Shown here: piece by piece, positions 40,309 through 54,555 of the stretch | Layout of the letters: each line of letters starts with the position of its first letter | Numbering within the stretch: position 1 is the first letter of the stretch | Assembly (NCBI GenBank): GCA_951406725.2 | Contig: OX597814.1 | Span: forward strand, 15,500,001-15,564,000 | From: Octopus vulgaris | Taxonomy: Eukaryota | Direction: 5' to 3' | Length of the DNA stretch: 64,000 bases | Translations under genes and position numbers: made by a program | The notes under the pieces: generated by a model | What the model saw: the letters and a program-made list of their open reading frames with translations, nothing else | Told to the model about the DNA's origin: nothing | The model's database searches: none

Positions 40309-41765
40309 ATAGAAATCAATGAATTAGATACGATACAATACACACAAATGAAAGAGAAGATAAGAAAAGAATACTATACACGAGTTAGGTTAATACTAAA
40401 AACAGAGCACAATGCGAAAGACAAGATAATAAGTATCAACGCTCTAGCCGTCCCTGTTATAAGTTACATCTACAATATTCTTAAGTGGACTGTAAATAAA
40501 CTATTCAAAATAGACAGGAACACAAGAAAAATAATGACAGGATTTAGGATGCACCACCCATACTCTGATAGTAAGGTTTATATATACAACGTATCGAAGG
40601 TGGTAGAGGCCTTATACAGCTAGAAAACTATTACAAAATAACCACCATAGGACTACAGAAATACCTACTTTAGAATCAATGAAAACTAATGCAAATAGCC
40701 ACAAAGCACAAACAAAACAATACAAAACTGTTTTCAGTTTATAACGAAGCTGACAAATACAAAAAAGAAGTCATAGTACCTAACAACTATGAAGAAAAAG
40801 AAGAAACAACAAAAGCTGTAAAACAACTGAAATACAAATTAAACTTCAACAGAAATGGATTATGATAAAACGTTGGCAAGAAATGCGCCTACATTGTAAA
40901 CATTGGGTTGAAATAAACAGAAAAGAAATGGACAAAGCAATACCAAATCAATCGCTGAGAAGCTCAGTACTCAAAGTAGAAACTGGAGGATTTGTAATTT
41001 CAGCACAAGATCAAAGCGTTCCCACCAGAGATCACCAAAAGCATGTAATAAATAGAAATAAAAGTAACTACAGAATATTTAGAAATGGAGAAGATACAAT
41101 AAATCATATTGTGCCTGGCTGCCCAGTCCTGCCTAAGATAGGAGCACTCCATCGATTACGATGACGAGGGTCCCAGCTGATACGATCAACGGAACAGCTT
41201 GCTCGTGAAGTTAACGTGTAAGTGGCTGAGCACTCCACAGACACGTATACCCTTAACGTAGTTCTCGGGGAGATTCAGCGTGACACAGTGTGTGACAAGG
41301 CTGGCCCTTTTGAAATACAGGTACTACTCATTTTTGCCAGCTGAGTAGAGTGGAGCAACGTGAAATAAAGTGTCTTGCTCAGGGATACAACGCGCCGCCG
41401 GTAATTGAACGCATGACCTTACGATCATGAGCCGAATGCCCCTAACCACTAAGTCACGCGCCTAAGTCCTGCCTAAGAAAGAATATATTCACAGACATGA
41501 TAGATTTGGGACATATATACACTAGAAGCTATGCCAACACTATGGAATAACAACAGAAAAAAGATAGTATAAGCACACGCCAGAAAAGGTCACAGAAAAC
41601 GGGTAAGCAACCATACTCTTGGATATGCCAAAAGACGCAGATAGAGAAATTAAGGCCAATAGGCCGGATATAGTTATCAGAGATGAACAAGAAAATAATG
41701 CTTTCTAATCTATGCTGCAGTATCAACGGATGACAATGTTTCTCTAAAAAAAATGGAGAAACTTG
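40309..41765 (+). mobile_element. Degenerate R4/Dong-type LINE relic (post-RT, CCHC, RLE), interrupted by a SINE
   Basis: MKEKIRKEYYTRVRLILKTEHNAKDKIISINALAVPVISY..RMHHP; LKVETGGFVISAQDQ; TINHIVPGCPVLPK[SINE]KEYIHRHD; NRPDIVIRD. Confidence 0.85.
41141..41463 (-). mobile_element. tRNA-derived SINE, head D + tail X
   Basis: 14-bp TSD agtcctgcctaaga at 41125-41138 and 41465-41478; head matches 12096, tail matches 5078-5262. Confidence 0.9.
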
Positions 41766-43820
41766 TATGTATTCAACTCCCGGTTGAAGAAATTTGTGCC
41801 GCGTTTCATCGGTGTGTGTGGGATGGTAACATATTCAATTTCATGTACGACTTGATCACTTTGCCTATATCTAAATTTTTAATAACGAGTAATTATTGAA
41901 AAAAAAATTAGAAAAGAAATTTGAAATCATATATCTTTATAATTATTGATTTAAAATCTCTGAATTTCTTAACTTCAGTATTTTTTGACACCAGAGCAGA
42001 AACTTTAAGCAGTCAATTCGTTTGAGCAAACAGATTAGGCAAAAACACAGGACGTCATTATTTACGTAGTTGCAATAAATAATAAGTGGAGTGGATAAAC
42101 ATTAGTGGTGAACGCTTAAGTCAACTGTATATGAAGTATTCAATATAAAACAATCGAAAGTTGACTCTGAATACACATACAGACACACACACACACACAC
42201 ACACATTCACACACACATTCACACACACATACACACACTCTCGAACACACATACTTTCGATATGTGTGTGTCCGTGCGCGTTTTTGTTCACAAGCATGCG
42301 TTGCTTTGCTATGCTACCATCGAAACAGTATAATTGCAATAAGTATGCACCAATTTTGCATAATATAATTATGCACCCATAATTAATGGCGATAGAGATA
42401 TTTCTACCCTGTACAGATTGACTAAAAGTTCAAAGCGAACTTTCCGAATATTACACGGATAGATGAAAAGAAAATCGTAAGCTCTATGGTGGGCATCATG
42501 ATCCTTTCTTATCAAAATATTATTGCAGGAAAGCGAAATTTTATGGAAGCTATAAATAGAAATATAAAGATTTTTATGTAATAAACATATGAGGTTTGAG
42601 AGTACAGAGAGTAAATAAACATATTAATTGATTCCCTTCACTGGATTAATTTCAGTATAGTGAAAAACATAATAACAGATCTTCTTGATATTTATATAGA
42701 TACTTTGACAGAAAAATAAACAAGTTAGGGAAAGCCCTTAACACTATCTTCATAGACGAACATTCTAGACTACAAGTCTCAAAGCAACCACCCATCGTTC
42801 ACTAGGCAATTTTCTATCTGTCTGATAACAATGTTTTACAAGATAACAAAATTACATAAAAAGAGATAATTCCACTTCAAAAAACGAAACAAAATTAAAT
42901 CTATAAAACACATCCCGGGTGGGACTCTGAGTATTGAAAAGCAGGTATACAGATTACCATGTTTAATGAAATGTAGGTGATTTCCTACTTATTAATCTTA
43001 TTCAATAACATGGCTGCGGGAGAAGAGTTATACGTATAGAATTCTCATTTATAAAGGTGGATGCGGAGAAAGATATACTTATTTGAGAGTTCTGGTATTT
43101 ATTAAACTGAGAGCCACCCGTCCTAAAGTAAATCCCTAAAGGCTACTGTAGTAATTGGACACTAAACCTAGTTTATCTCCTTCAAAATAGAAGCACTCAG
43201 GAAATCCTGACCATTTGTTCAATTAACCGGCAATCTGCAAAGTCAAAATAAAACTTGTCAACAGAATCAATCTTACCAATTTCAAGTGCCTCCGAAGTTC
43301 ATTGGTAAAACATTCGCCACTGATCTTAACTTTAGAAAAAGCTAAATGCGATCTACCATTATCCAGTGTATTTGCATATCTCGAGATATATTCTTGGGAA
43401 TAGTGGGTGTCTTCTCCTATTTGTTCTTTCGTCTGTCCCCAGAAATCTACCAAAGTTGCTCAAAACTTCCATCTCTGTCTTAAAGTTCTCAGACTATATT
43501 GGAACGCTGCTGGCTACGGCCCGGTGAGGAATCGTCCCTAAAAGACAGAAAGTATGGATCTCTTTCGAAGTTATCTGCGCTTTTTTAATTTTTATTTTTG
43601 GTGGGATACGTAGGAATAGAATCCTATGTCTCTGATCACTGTTACTGCTTTTTCTTAAGTTCTCGATCACTTGTGGGTTGATGGACGTCACGGGACCCTT
43701 TACTGCGCTATACGTAGCAGCTAAGATTTTCCGTTGCGAGCAATCTGTCCCGGGTCTTCCTATTAGAATTAGAATTCTCTTTTTACGATTAGTATTTGCT
43801 CTTTGTCGTCCTAGGAACAT

Positions 43821-43869
<49 letters not shown>

Positions 43870-43871
43870 GG

Positions 43872-43918
<47 letters not shown>

Positions 43919-44003
43919 ATGGTGGTGATGATGAGGTTGAGAAGAAGATAAAAAGAAAGGAAATAAGAAGAAGAATAAAGAAGATAAAAAGAAAGAATTT
44001 AAA

Positions 44004-44035
<32 letters not shown>

Positions 44036-44107
44036 AGAAGAAGAAGAAGAAGAAGAAGAAGAAGAAGAAGAAGAAGAAGAAGAAGAAGAAGAAGAAGAAG
44101 AAGAAGA
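43821..44107. repeat. Compound (GAT)/(GGT)/(AAAG)/(AAG)n array
   Basis: Direct reading. Confidence 0.95.
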
Positions 44108-45327
44108 GTAGGGGAAGTTATGAGGGCAATATTTTTTTTTCTTTCCTAAGAAACGATCTGATGAGATCAAATATTTTGAGATTACATATGAACTATACAA
44201 TTTGACAATGTTGAACACTTTTAATATTCGACGGTGGTGGAAATATGAAGTAAAAAGTTTGCTTATAAATCATATTAAAATATTGACTGGCGCTGGTAAA
44301 TGAGTACAAGTGAATATATAATAAACAGTCAAAGGAATATTTCTCTGTGTAATTTCCTATGTGATCGTGTGTGTGTGTGTGTTCACGCGTTTGAATGTGA
44401 GGGTGTGTGCATGTATATATATTTTTGTGTGTGAAAAAGAGAGAGAGGGAGGGAAAGAGAGATAGAAATGGTGAATGAAATGCAGACAATCTGTATGGGT
44501 ACATGAAACTATTGATAAGGTCAGAGCGTCGAATATCCAGTAGCTAACCGGTAATTTACGCTGATCATACATATTTATTCGTAGATGTTCTAAATGTTCT
44601 AAGTGTGTACTTATAAATGAATCAGCGAAAAGTTAATCCAAAAACGCCTAAATTAATTTCTTTCAAAGTGATTATATGTTATACACAGTTTTAATTCTAA
44701 TTGGATTCATTTCACTAATAAAAGAATTATGTCTTCAATTAAGTTATTTGACGGTTCCATATAATTGTTAATTGGTTTTTAATTTCCATAAGATGGCAGC
44801 TGTTAATTAAGTAAACTTTGTTAAACATACGTGCTTATATTCTAACATTCATACACTCACATACACTCTTAATATATATATATGTGTTTGTGTGTGCGTG
44901 TGTGAGTGATTGTGTGTGTTCATGCGTTTGTGTGTGAAGGTATGTGCATGTGTGTATACATATTTGTGTGTGTTGGGACAGAGAGAGAGAGAGAGAGAAA
45001 GAGGAAGAAGTAGAGAGAGGGAGGGAAAGAGAGATAGAAATGGTGACGGATTGGTGAAATGATTGGTGAAATAGCTGCGACAATAAAGATCTTAAGAGAG
45101 CAAAACCTATAATTAATTATGATAAAAATGATTTTGAACCATAATTGGAATAACGTGACGCAAATATCGACCTCAGTATGCCATTTGATATTTATCGTAT
45201 CGATCAGGGTTAGATAAAATGCATTCAATCGAAACTATTTTTTTTTTTTGTTTTATTTGTCTGCGGGCTGCTATAACGTTTATCCTATTTTGAGTAGGGT
45301 CCACTGACTTTTTCATTAAGATTACTA

Positions 45328-46700
45328 AGTGTTCCACCCTTATTCCAGCCCGTATTTGTTCCATGTACTTCTCGAGATTTTTGCTCACTGTTTCCAGAGC
45401 TCCAACAATTATTGGTACTACCGCTACCTTTTTTCCTCGATCACAACTACTTAACTTCCTAAGCTAACCTGTCATATCGCTCGACTTTTCTTTCTTCCTT
45501 ATCGCATACCTTGTTGTCAGCTGGGCATGCTATATCAATGATCCAGCATAGTTTGTTTTATTTCTCAATTAAGACTATATCTGACTTCCTATTCTCTATC
45601 TCACGGTCGCATTGAATCATAAAATCTCATAGGATCTTTGCATTTCTATTTTTGACAATTCATTCAGGTTTGTGGTCGTACCAATTTTTTGCTCTGTCAA
45701 GTCCATACTTATTGCAAAGTGTCCAATGGACAGGCCTGGCTACATTGTCGTGGCGTCTCTTATATTCCTTCTGGGCTGGTGGCGTACATTGGCTGATAAT
45801 ATGTCATACGGTTTCCCCGTTTTGTCCACAGATTCTGCACTTATCACATTCTGGTGTGTTGTTTATTCTGCATTTTATGTAGTTTGTTCTTAATGCTTGC
45901 TCTTGGGCAGGCAGCACAGATAAGAGCTTCCGTTTCCGGTTTTAAATCAATTTTACTCATCCAGAGCCATCTTTTTCTCTGTCTGTCTTATCTTACATTC
46001 GTATGAAATTGACAATTCATTCTTTTCTTTACCCACCTATTTTCAGTTTCATTCGTTTTCAATGTCTTGTATAGTACTTTATCTTTGCAATCTTTCACCG
46101 TACACAATCCAGGCTTTCTTACTTCTAGTAATAGCGATTCTGTGGCATTTTTTACATACCATGATATGTTTTCTTCTGCTCTAATACTGAGTTCGCATCC
46201 AATAAGTCCTCTTCCCCGGCTTTTTCTTAGTACACACAGTGTGTCTGTGTCACTTTTGGGGGGAGTGATCCATATCTAGTTAGCAACTTCCTTGTCTTTC
46301 TATCTAAGCTGTTTAGTTCTTTTGCTGTCCATGCGATTACCCCTGCTCCAAATCTAAGGAGTGAAACCGCCCAAGTATTGAAAGCTTCGATCTTAATCCG
46401 TCCGTTTATTTTCGACTTAAGGATCAGTCTCAGTCTGCGCAAGTATTTCACCTTAAATTTATCTGTAAATTCTTTCTCCATCAATTTCTCCATTTCCAAA
46501 ATCCCCAAGTACTTATAGCCCGTCTCTTCTATCTGCTTCATAACCTCCCCCGACGGTATCGTTAGTCCGTCCATCCATTTTATTTTGCCTCTCTTCAATA
46601 CTAACAAACCACACCTCAGTCCGAACTCCATTCTGATATTAGCACTGAAGTTATGCACCGTAACAACGAGGGAACTGACTTGGGGTTCATCTTTACCATA
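45328..46700 (-). mobile_element. Degenerate R4/Dong-type LINE relic, another family
   Basis: Minus strand: FSANIRMEFGL..YKYLGILE..YLRRLRLILKSK..LDRKTRKLLT; CRICGQNGETV.HIISQC..EYKRRHDNVAR; NRKSDIV..IIDIACP. Confidence 0.85.
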
Positions 46701-46726
46701 AATTTTAAGGTTATTATTATTATTAT

Positions 46727-46839
46727 TCTATGTTTGACTTTTGCTTTATATTTGTACAAGTTGGCTCCAAGTCTCACCCAGAGACCTCAAGAGACAACAG
46801 GGTTGGAAGTTCATGTTGTTGTTATGCCTAGTGTGCCAT
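46727..46839 (-). mobile_element. 113-bp 3'UTR-only copy of the 36706-39480 LINE
   Basis: Reverse complement matches 39368-39480 with no mismatch seen; (TTA)n on both sides. Confidence 0.92.
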
Positions 46840-46841
46840 TA

Positions 46842-46902
<61 letters not shown>

Positions 46903-46948
46903 GTTGTTGTTGTTGTTGTTGTTATTATTATTATTATTATTATTATTG

Positions 46949-47017
<69 letters not shown>

Positions 47018-47055
47018 GTTTTAATTATTATTATTGTTTTAATTATTATTATTGA
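46840..47055. repeat. (TTA)n/(TTG)n tract
   Basis: Direct reading. Confidence 0.95.
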
Positions 47056-47296
47056 TTTTGTTGTTGCAGTTGTTATGATATGCATTTGTATTTCAGCTTT
47101 ATTAATATCTATATGCGCTAATGAAAATACGCAAATACACATGCATATACGCTTGTGTGCGGGCGTGTATATATATATGTTTGTGTGTTTGTGTGTGTGT
47201 GTGTGTGCGTGTGTGTGCGTGCATGCGGGTGTGTATGTATGAGTTGGGGAGACAATTTCTCTTCCTATTTCTATATATACGTGTGTTACATATATA

Positions 47297-47346
<50 letters not shown>

Positions 47347-47393
47347 TATAGATACAAATATGCATATGATAGAGAACGATAGTGATAGAGAGT

Positions 47394-47431
<38 letters not shown>

Positions 47432-47816
47432 AGATCGGATGGAATATTTATATTCATATGCAAACTACGCCAACACTTCGGTCACGTAACACATAATTGC
47501 TATCTAGTTCCTATTTTCATGGTATTTTATGCTCTCCTTTTACTTTAAAAGATATATCGAGTGAAGAGGCAAGATATGCTTATTTAACGAAACGTATTGA
47601 AGCCAACGTTTAGCGTCCATGGCGCCAGTTTAATTTTCAGCGTTTATTTTCATCATGGGGTATTAATTTCTTGATTCAAATATTATGTTTGGTTACATAT
47701 GTTTATGTGTATATATGTCCATATATGTAGGATATGAATTTTTATATGCTTCTGAATCCTTTTTCTATTATCAATGCAATATTCACAAGATGTTTGCTGT
47801 CTGCTACCACAATACC

Positions 47817-48045
47817 TATTTCTTTACTACCCACAAGGGGCTAAACACAGAGAGGACAAACAAGGACAGACACACGGACTAAGTCGATTATATCGACCCC
47901 AGTGCGTAACTGGTACTTATTTAATCGACCGCGAAAGGATGAAAGGCAAAGTCGACCTCGGCGGAATTTGAACTCAGAACGTAGCGGCAGACGAAATACG
48001 GCTATACATTTCGCCCGGCGTGCTAACGTTGCTGCCAGCTCGCCG
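47817..48045 (-). mobile_element. SINE family A, full length
   Basis: 7-bp TSD caatacc at 47810-47816 and 48046-48052. Confidence 0.92.
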
Positions 48046-48127
48046 CAATACCAGCAAAATCACTGACACACTGATGTTCTTTCATCTAAATGACATATAA
48101 ACAAAATACATACATTCATACATACGT

Positions 48128-48176
<49 letters not shown>

Positions 48177-48189
48177 CACAAATCAATGT

Positions 48190-48800
48190 GCTCCGCCCTT
48201 TGGAATGTCATCTTCGCTGTATGTAGCCGAGCATTATCCTGATGGATGAATACCTTTTGTCTTGGAACAAAAGACGGTTATTTTTCTTCTAGCGCTGACT
48301 TCAGCCGCTCAAGTTGCTCACAATAGACCCCATTGTTATCGTTTGGTTTGGCTTTAAAAGTTCAAAGTGGATTAAGATAGCAGCCCCTTACGTGGGTGAA
48401 GATCTTCTTTAACCTGGAGTACCGCTGTTTCTCCTTCTTCTACCCATTGTCTTCGGTGCTTGACATTTTTATAGACAACCCATTTCTCGTCACTATTCGG
48501 TCCAAAGAATATTCATTTATGAGGCGTGACAGCAAAGAAGAACACACATTCACTCTCTGCGCGCGATTAAACTCGGAAAGTTTGTGAGGAACCCATTGAC
48601 TTTTCCAATGACTTTTCCGATGTCACACAGGTTTCGATGAGTGGTTGAATGACTAAATCCAAACTTTTCTGCTGGTTCCTCAACAGTTACGTTGGGATTT
48701 CGTTCCACCAGCGTTTGCAGGACGCATCGACCCCTTCAGATTTAACAGGACGTAGCTCGTCTTCTGGGCTGTAGTTTCCGGCTCCGAATTTCTGGAACAC
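48190..48800 (-). mobile_element. Mariner transposase relic, family 1, second copy
   Basis: Colinear with 2335-3210 (gccgagcattatcct, ccttacgtgggtgaaga, aacccatttctcgtca, cagcaaagaa, tttgtgaggaacc); minus strand has WVPHKL, DEKW and HQDNAR. Confidence 0.85.
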
Positions 48801-48859
48801 ACATATTATTTGTTTTAGCCCAAATACTGTGAACATGCTGGGGCCACCGCCAGTATCAC

Positions 48860-49076
48860 TCTTTTACTCTTTTACTTGTTTCAGTCATTTGACTGCGGCC
48901 ATGCTGGAGCACCGCCTTTAATCGAGCAACACGACCCCGGGACTTATTCTTTGTAAGCCCAGTAATTATTCTATCGGTCTCTTTTGCCGAACCGCTAAGT
49001 AACGGGGACATAAGCACACCAGCATCGGTTGTCAAGCAATGCTAGGGGGACAAACACAGACACACAAACACACACA

Positions 49077-49152
<76 letters not shown>

Positions 49153-49317
49153 TACGACGGGCTTCTTTCAGTTTCCGTCTACCAAATCCACTCACAAGGC
49201 TTTGGTCGGCCCGAGGCTATAGTAGAAGACACTTGCCCAAGGTGTCACGCAGTGGGACTGAACCCGGAACCATGTGGTTGGTAAACAAGCTACTTATCAC
49301 ACAGCCACTCCTGCGCC
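48860..49317 (-). mobile_element. SINE family C, full length, expanded internal (TA)n
   Basis: Reverse complement of 6578-6985; possible TSD tatcac. Confidence 0.9.
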
Positions 49318-50362
49318 TATTATCACCTTTTCTTTTGTCATTCATTTATATTTGGCTTTTGAAGGAATAAGTTGGTTATTACTGTCCTCTTTTCCGTTTC
49401 TTGCCGCAATGTACGTTAATCCGGGAGTATCAACAGCTGGAGATCCAAGTTGTTTCATGAAAATATCTACCATGCTGTATGCAGATCTCTATTTTTTTTT
49501 TATTTTGCATTATATTAAATAGCTGTGGACCTTTGTATCCCAAGCTACTGCAGTACCTGAACCTCAGTGAAGACAGAATGGGTGAGACTTTTTGAGCAGT
49601 GCAGTGGCGTCCGTTTCAGGAGTCGTATAACTTGATGTTAAAGTTTGGTGCCAAGACCTCTAGGATCTTCTTTGTATATCTCTGTATAACTCTCTCGTCT
49701 TCGCTTCACGGAGTAGAGTCGTAATTTTTTCAATCTCCTTCATCTATATATATGTGTGTGTGTGTGTGTGTAAGTGTGTATATGTACATATACATACACG
49801 CTAAATGAATATTGATAGAACAACTCCATTAAAACTGCTAAATGCAACTATAAAAGGCTGTCATTATCTTCGAGATAGTACTTCTTGCGACACTAAACAT
49901 ATCGGCTGTTTTCGTCACGCTAGTACATACCATACGAGCACCGACAATTTGACCTCTTTGAAAGTGCGATACATCTGTCTTCATATTAATAAATTTTAAT
50001 TACCTTTTCCTGATGATATCTGAAAAGAAACAGCAATTCTAGCAGAATATATTAAGCAACACTAATAATAAATAAACATAAAAATAACAAGCTTTTGACG
50101 GTTTTGTAGATATTTCAAAATTATGGTGCTACGATGCTAGGTGTTGCTATTATTTTGTCCAACCCCTATATATATATATATATATAAACCAGCTTAGAGA
50201 AGAAGAAGAAACGAAACGTAACCAAACGAATCGAATCGACGCGAAGGTGCTCAGTCATACAATAGTGTAATAAATAAAATATATGAATACATACAAACAT
50301 ATATGTACGTACCTACATCTACATGTATATATACATGCATATATAAATATATATACGTGTGT

Positions 50363-50516
50363 ACAGGACACCACAAATAGACGTAGAACTCAACGAGAAA
50401 CGAAAACGTAAAAACAGCATGCAACGGACCATTCTTTTAACAACGAAAAAACAGAGTACAAGACAACTACACAAGGAAAAATCCCCTTCATCAGCTGTCC
50501 CTAGTTCAACTCCAGC

Positions 50517-50518
<2 letters not shown>
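50363..50518 (-). mobile_element. (TA)n-flanked dispersed repeat with CTGATGA motif
   Basis: Homologous to 31757-31930; minus strand gggacag CTGATGA agggg-atttt-tcctt gtgta gttgtctt. Confidence 0.5.
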
Positions 50519-50550
<32 letters not shown>

Positions 50551-50552
50551 AG

Positions 50553-50603
<51 letters not shown>

Positions 50604-52999
50604 GAGGAAGAGAGATAGAGGGAGACAAAAAATGCAGATGCAAATGTATAGATATATGCATAAATAGGTACATGCACAGCTGAGCTTCTATGCACGCGCG
50701 GGTGTACGTGTATAACGACAATTAAGATATTGTTCTGAAATCATTTATTGATTAACATCCTCACATGAGTTTCAGCGAATAACTTTAGCCCGAATTATTT
50801 AAGCCTTACCTGATGTAATAATTACATCTTTACGACGGATCTGATTACAGAATACATACCTGCATACATTTTTCATACAACAAAGCTTAGATTTTCACCT
50901 TAAACAAGTCATCCGTACGACATTTTGATCACGATACCACTTGTTGATGTTAAGATCAAAGACATGCTGTTACTTCCTTTACAGATTCAAGACAGAATTT
51001 CATTACTAGCGAATCCACAGGGCAGTGACAAAATGGTTATGAAGGAAATAAAGCGAACGCTCTTTTCTTTATCCTTTCAAGCACAGCTGATTCTGAGTCA
51101 GCAGAGCGGGAGAGGGTGGGAGGAGAGAAGAGAGAGACAGAGAGACAGAGATCCGGGGACAGAGAGCAGAGGGAACACCACACTACTTGACTGGCACTTT
51201 ATTTATCCGCCTAACTAGGATGAAAGCAAGATAACAACAATTGTAATGTGTTAGGCTATATATTGGAATGTTCGGTTGTACAGCTGAAATTCAGAATCTA
51301 CTATATGGAAATCCTTCCTGAAGACGCTAAACTTTGCACGCTGACCAACTGCTGCATTAAAATCACTGATGCTTTTGTCCATTTACTTCAGCTGCCAGAG
51401 AGATTACACCAAATACTGTAAATATATTTTCAACACAGTTTCAGCACTATAGCATCTGACTCAAAGAACGTATCCTCACACGCACCTTTTCAAACAACAA
51501 ATACAGAGTTAAATGCCGGATCCATGATGTCACAGTTACTCTGAGTATCACCCAGCGAGGTCTCCGATGCTTGTAAATGAAAGAAGTTGTCTATTCATGA
51601 ACAATCTACGAGAAAAGTTGCACCAGTATAGTGTAATCGACGCCTGAAAACAGAATTCTGAAACTGATAATTAGCCTGTACAATACAATTTATATCTCAA
51701 GCTCACTTGAAAATTGCAATGAGCTAAGCGTATTCTCCAGTACTTCTGGTACTTATTTTTAAAATGGTATATTTCTCTAGAAACATCGGACTGATAAATC
51801 CTTTAGAGTAGTTTTTATTCATTTATTTATTTTGTATTTAAGTTGAAACTCCAGACAGCCGTTGTTTTTTAAACCTGCTTTTTTAAAAAAAAAGACTATT
51901 TTGTCAAAATGCTTCAAGAAAACTGCAACACAATTTCTCATAAATACACCTTGATATACAAGTAGACACACACATACATACATAAATGTGCACATGTTTA
52001 TGTACGTTGGTGTATAAATACATTTATAATTTATAAAAATATATGAAAGTATAGAATTCTGGCATTTGGTCATAAGGGTATAATATATATGTAGATGTAT
52101 TACATACGCATTTGGGAAAAAAACTGAATTTCATATTCTTTCATTTATATCTAAAAGCAGCTGTAGATATTGTTTGCACGTTTGGCTTGTAGAAGGAATT
52201 ATAAATAGGGCTGAAACTTAACAATGTTTGCTGTGGACCCAACGGATTTTTAGAAAGCATATCAATGTATCAATCAATGCCACAAATTTGCTTGCCTGTT
52301 CCTTTAGAGAAAACAATTTAGAAATTGAATATTCTGGAATATACATAACACAACACGTTAAAGACATTTCTGTTTATGGAAATTGATTCAGTAAATATCT
52401 GTGAGATTGATAAATGCTGATAATACATTTTAAAATGTTCAAAAGTGCTGATACACAAATATATTATACAATGGAAAAGGGACACGGATTTGTTGGATAG
52501 CTGACAGTAAATGTGATGATAACAATTTCTTTGTGTCCGAAGATCACGAAGCAGAGTGGCACGCCATTAAATGGTTATATAGGTTTAAGCGGTATAAAGT
52601 GAAAGTCAGTCCACCCCACTGGATCTTACACTTTAGACTTGGAGATGTGATCACAGTGGCTCAGCAGGCTAAGTCGGCTGCGGTGATCACCAGCCTTTAG
52701 GTTAGGTTTCACATTGCAGTGGCCTTCTCCTTGGTAAATTTCTTTAGAAAGTTGGAGAACTGCACCTACTCTATAGTTGACGAAAAGATACCAAAGAGGG
52801 CACCAAACCTTCTAAAGGACTCCAATCCAAGATTTCTTCTTGAGATCGACTTCTCATGCCTTTTCCTTTCTCAATGCACACACCGAGTTAATGCCCTAGA
52901 TAAAATCTATTTAAATTATAATTTAAGTCATCGCACAGTATAGTGATGCTGTTGATTGAAAATATTGTGTGTAATGTTGTACTGTTTGTCAAGTCACAA

Positions 53000-53405
53000 C
53001 ATGGACCTCATGGAAACAGCACTTTACGCAATATGCGTGCAGTTCCGAGTAATGCCGATTTTTACAACACACCTAGATAGTAGGGTATTCCTAAAGTTTC
53101 CAGATGCTTTTTATATGTTGGGTAGTATTGAAACAAATGCTACGACGATAATAGGGACATCCTTTATGTTTGACTCCCGTAGCTGCGAGATCTTAGCAAT
53201 GTCAATTCTCAGGTCTCCATAATTATCACTCTTTTCTCTTTCTTTCATGATAATATATTGATCTCCTGGCACTATTACGTCAATTATTATACAATCTTGT
53301 TTGTCCTCCCTAAAGGTTACTATATCCGGCATTCGGTGCTATTACACCGTTTCTCTCAGGAAGTCAAAGTCCCAGCTTATTATTGTTACGTATTTTAAGT
53401 TCGTG
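53000..53405 (-). mobile_element. RLE-LINE endonuclease relic
   Basis: ISWDFDF..RMPDIV..CIIIDVIVPGD..KEREKSDNYGDLRIDIAK..VPIIV. Confidence 0.75.
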
Positions 53406-53549
53406 AACGGTCAGAATCATCAGTTCGCCGAAACAATGCTTGGCGACTGTATTTATCCATCTCAGAGTTGAACATTTCTCGACTTCATACTTAACCCAGG
53501 ATTTCAGGCCTTGTACATATAGTAGAAAGGATTGCTATTACTATTATTA

Positions 53550-53745
53550 AGGCTAGAGTTTACAAAATAGCGCTCCGGTAAATATGCATTTCGTTCAGCT
53601 CCTTACGTTCTGAGTACGATTTCCGCCGAATTCCCTTTCGGGGTCGGTAATTTAAAGTACCAGTCCAATACCGAGGTCGATATTATCAACTAGCCCCACC
53701 ACAAATCCACAAAATTGATGGTCCTGCGTCAAAATAATGAACTGT
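53550..53745 (+). mobile_element. Degenerate SINE family A (alternative tail)
   Basis: ttacgttctgagt..ttccgccga..cctttcggggtcggtaat..aagtaccag. Confidence 0.6.
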
Positions 53746-53919
53746 TATCTTAATTCTCACCAACATTTCATATAACTAAGCTCACACTTGTCCCATTTTA
53801 TTGTCAGTGACATATGCAACTTCAATGTTCTATATTTCTTTAATTACTGTTACACATATTGGTATATTTCGCTCCAGGGATTACAAACAATACCAAAACA
53901 CGTACTTTATATATGTGTG

Positions 53920-53980
<61 letters not shown>

Positions 53981-54041
53981 ATAAAACGGTAAGATAACAA
54001 AAGAAAGAAAGAGACCTCAATATTATGTAAATAGAGGAAAT

Positions 54042-54080
<39 letters not shown>

Positions 54081-54468
54081 GATTGATGCTGCGATTGATA
54101 TATAGTTAGATAGATAAATAGATAGATGGACAGCTATATACATATAATCGTACACGCACACGCATATATGCATGCATAAATATGTATGTATACGGATTGG
54201 TGGCTTGTTGGATGGATGGATGGATGGATGGATGGTTGCATGGAATATATCTGTATCTATTTCAATCTATCCTTACTTACATACACAGTCACGTACACAC
54301 ACACACACACACACACACATACACACACACACACATATATATATATATCATCCCACACCAACATATATCGGTGTGTGCGTGTGTATGTGTATATACATAT
54401 ATATGTATGTGTATGTATGTATATATCCGTACATATATGTATATCTATTTATATCTGTATCTATCTTC

Positions 54469-54555
<87 letters not shown>

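Noticed and set aside
43490-43820. 108-aa minus-strand ORF in moderately GC-rich sequence
   Set aside because: No recognisable motif; probably decayed TE beside a trinucleotide array
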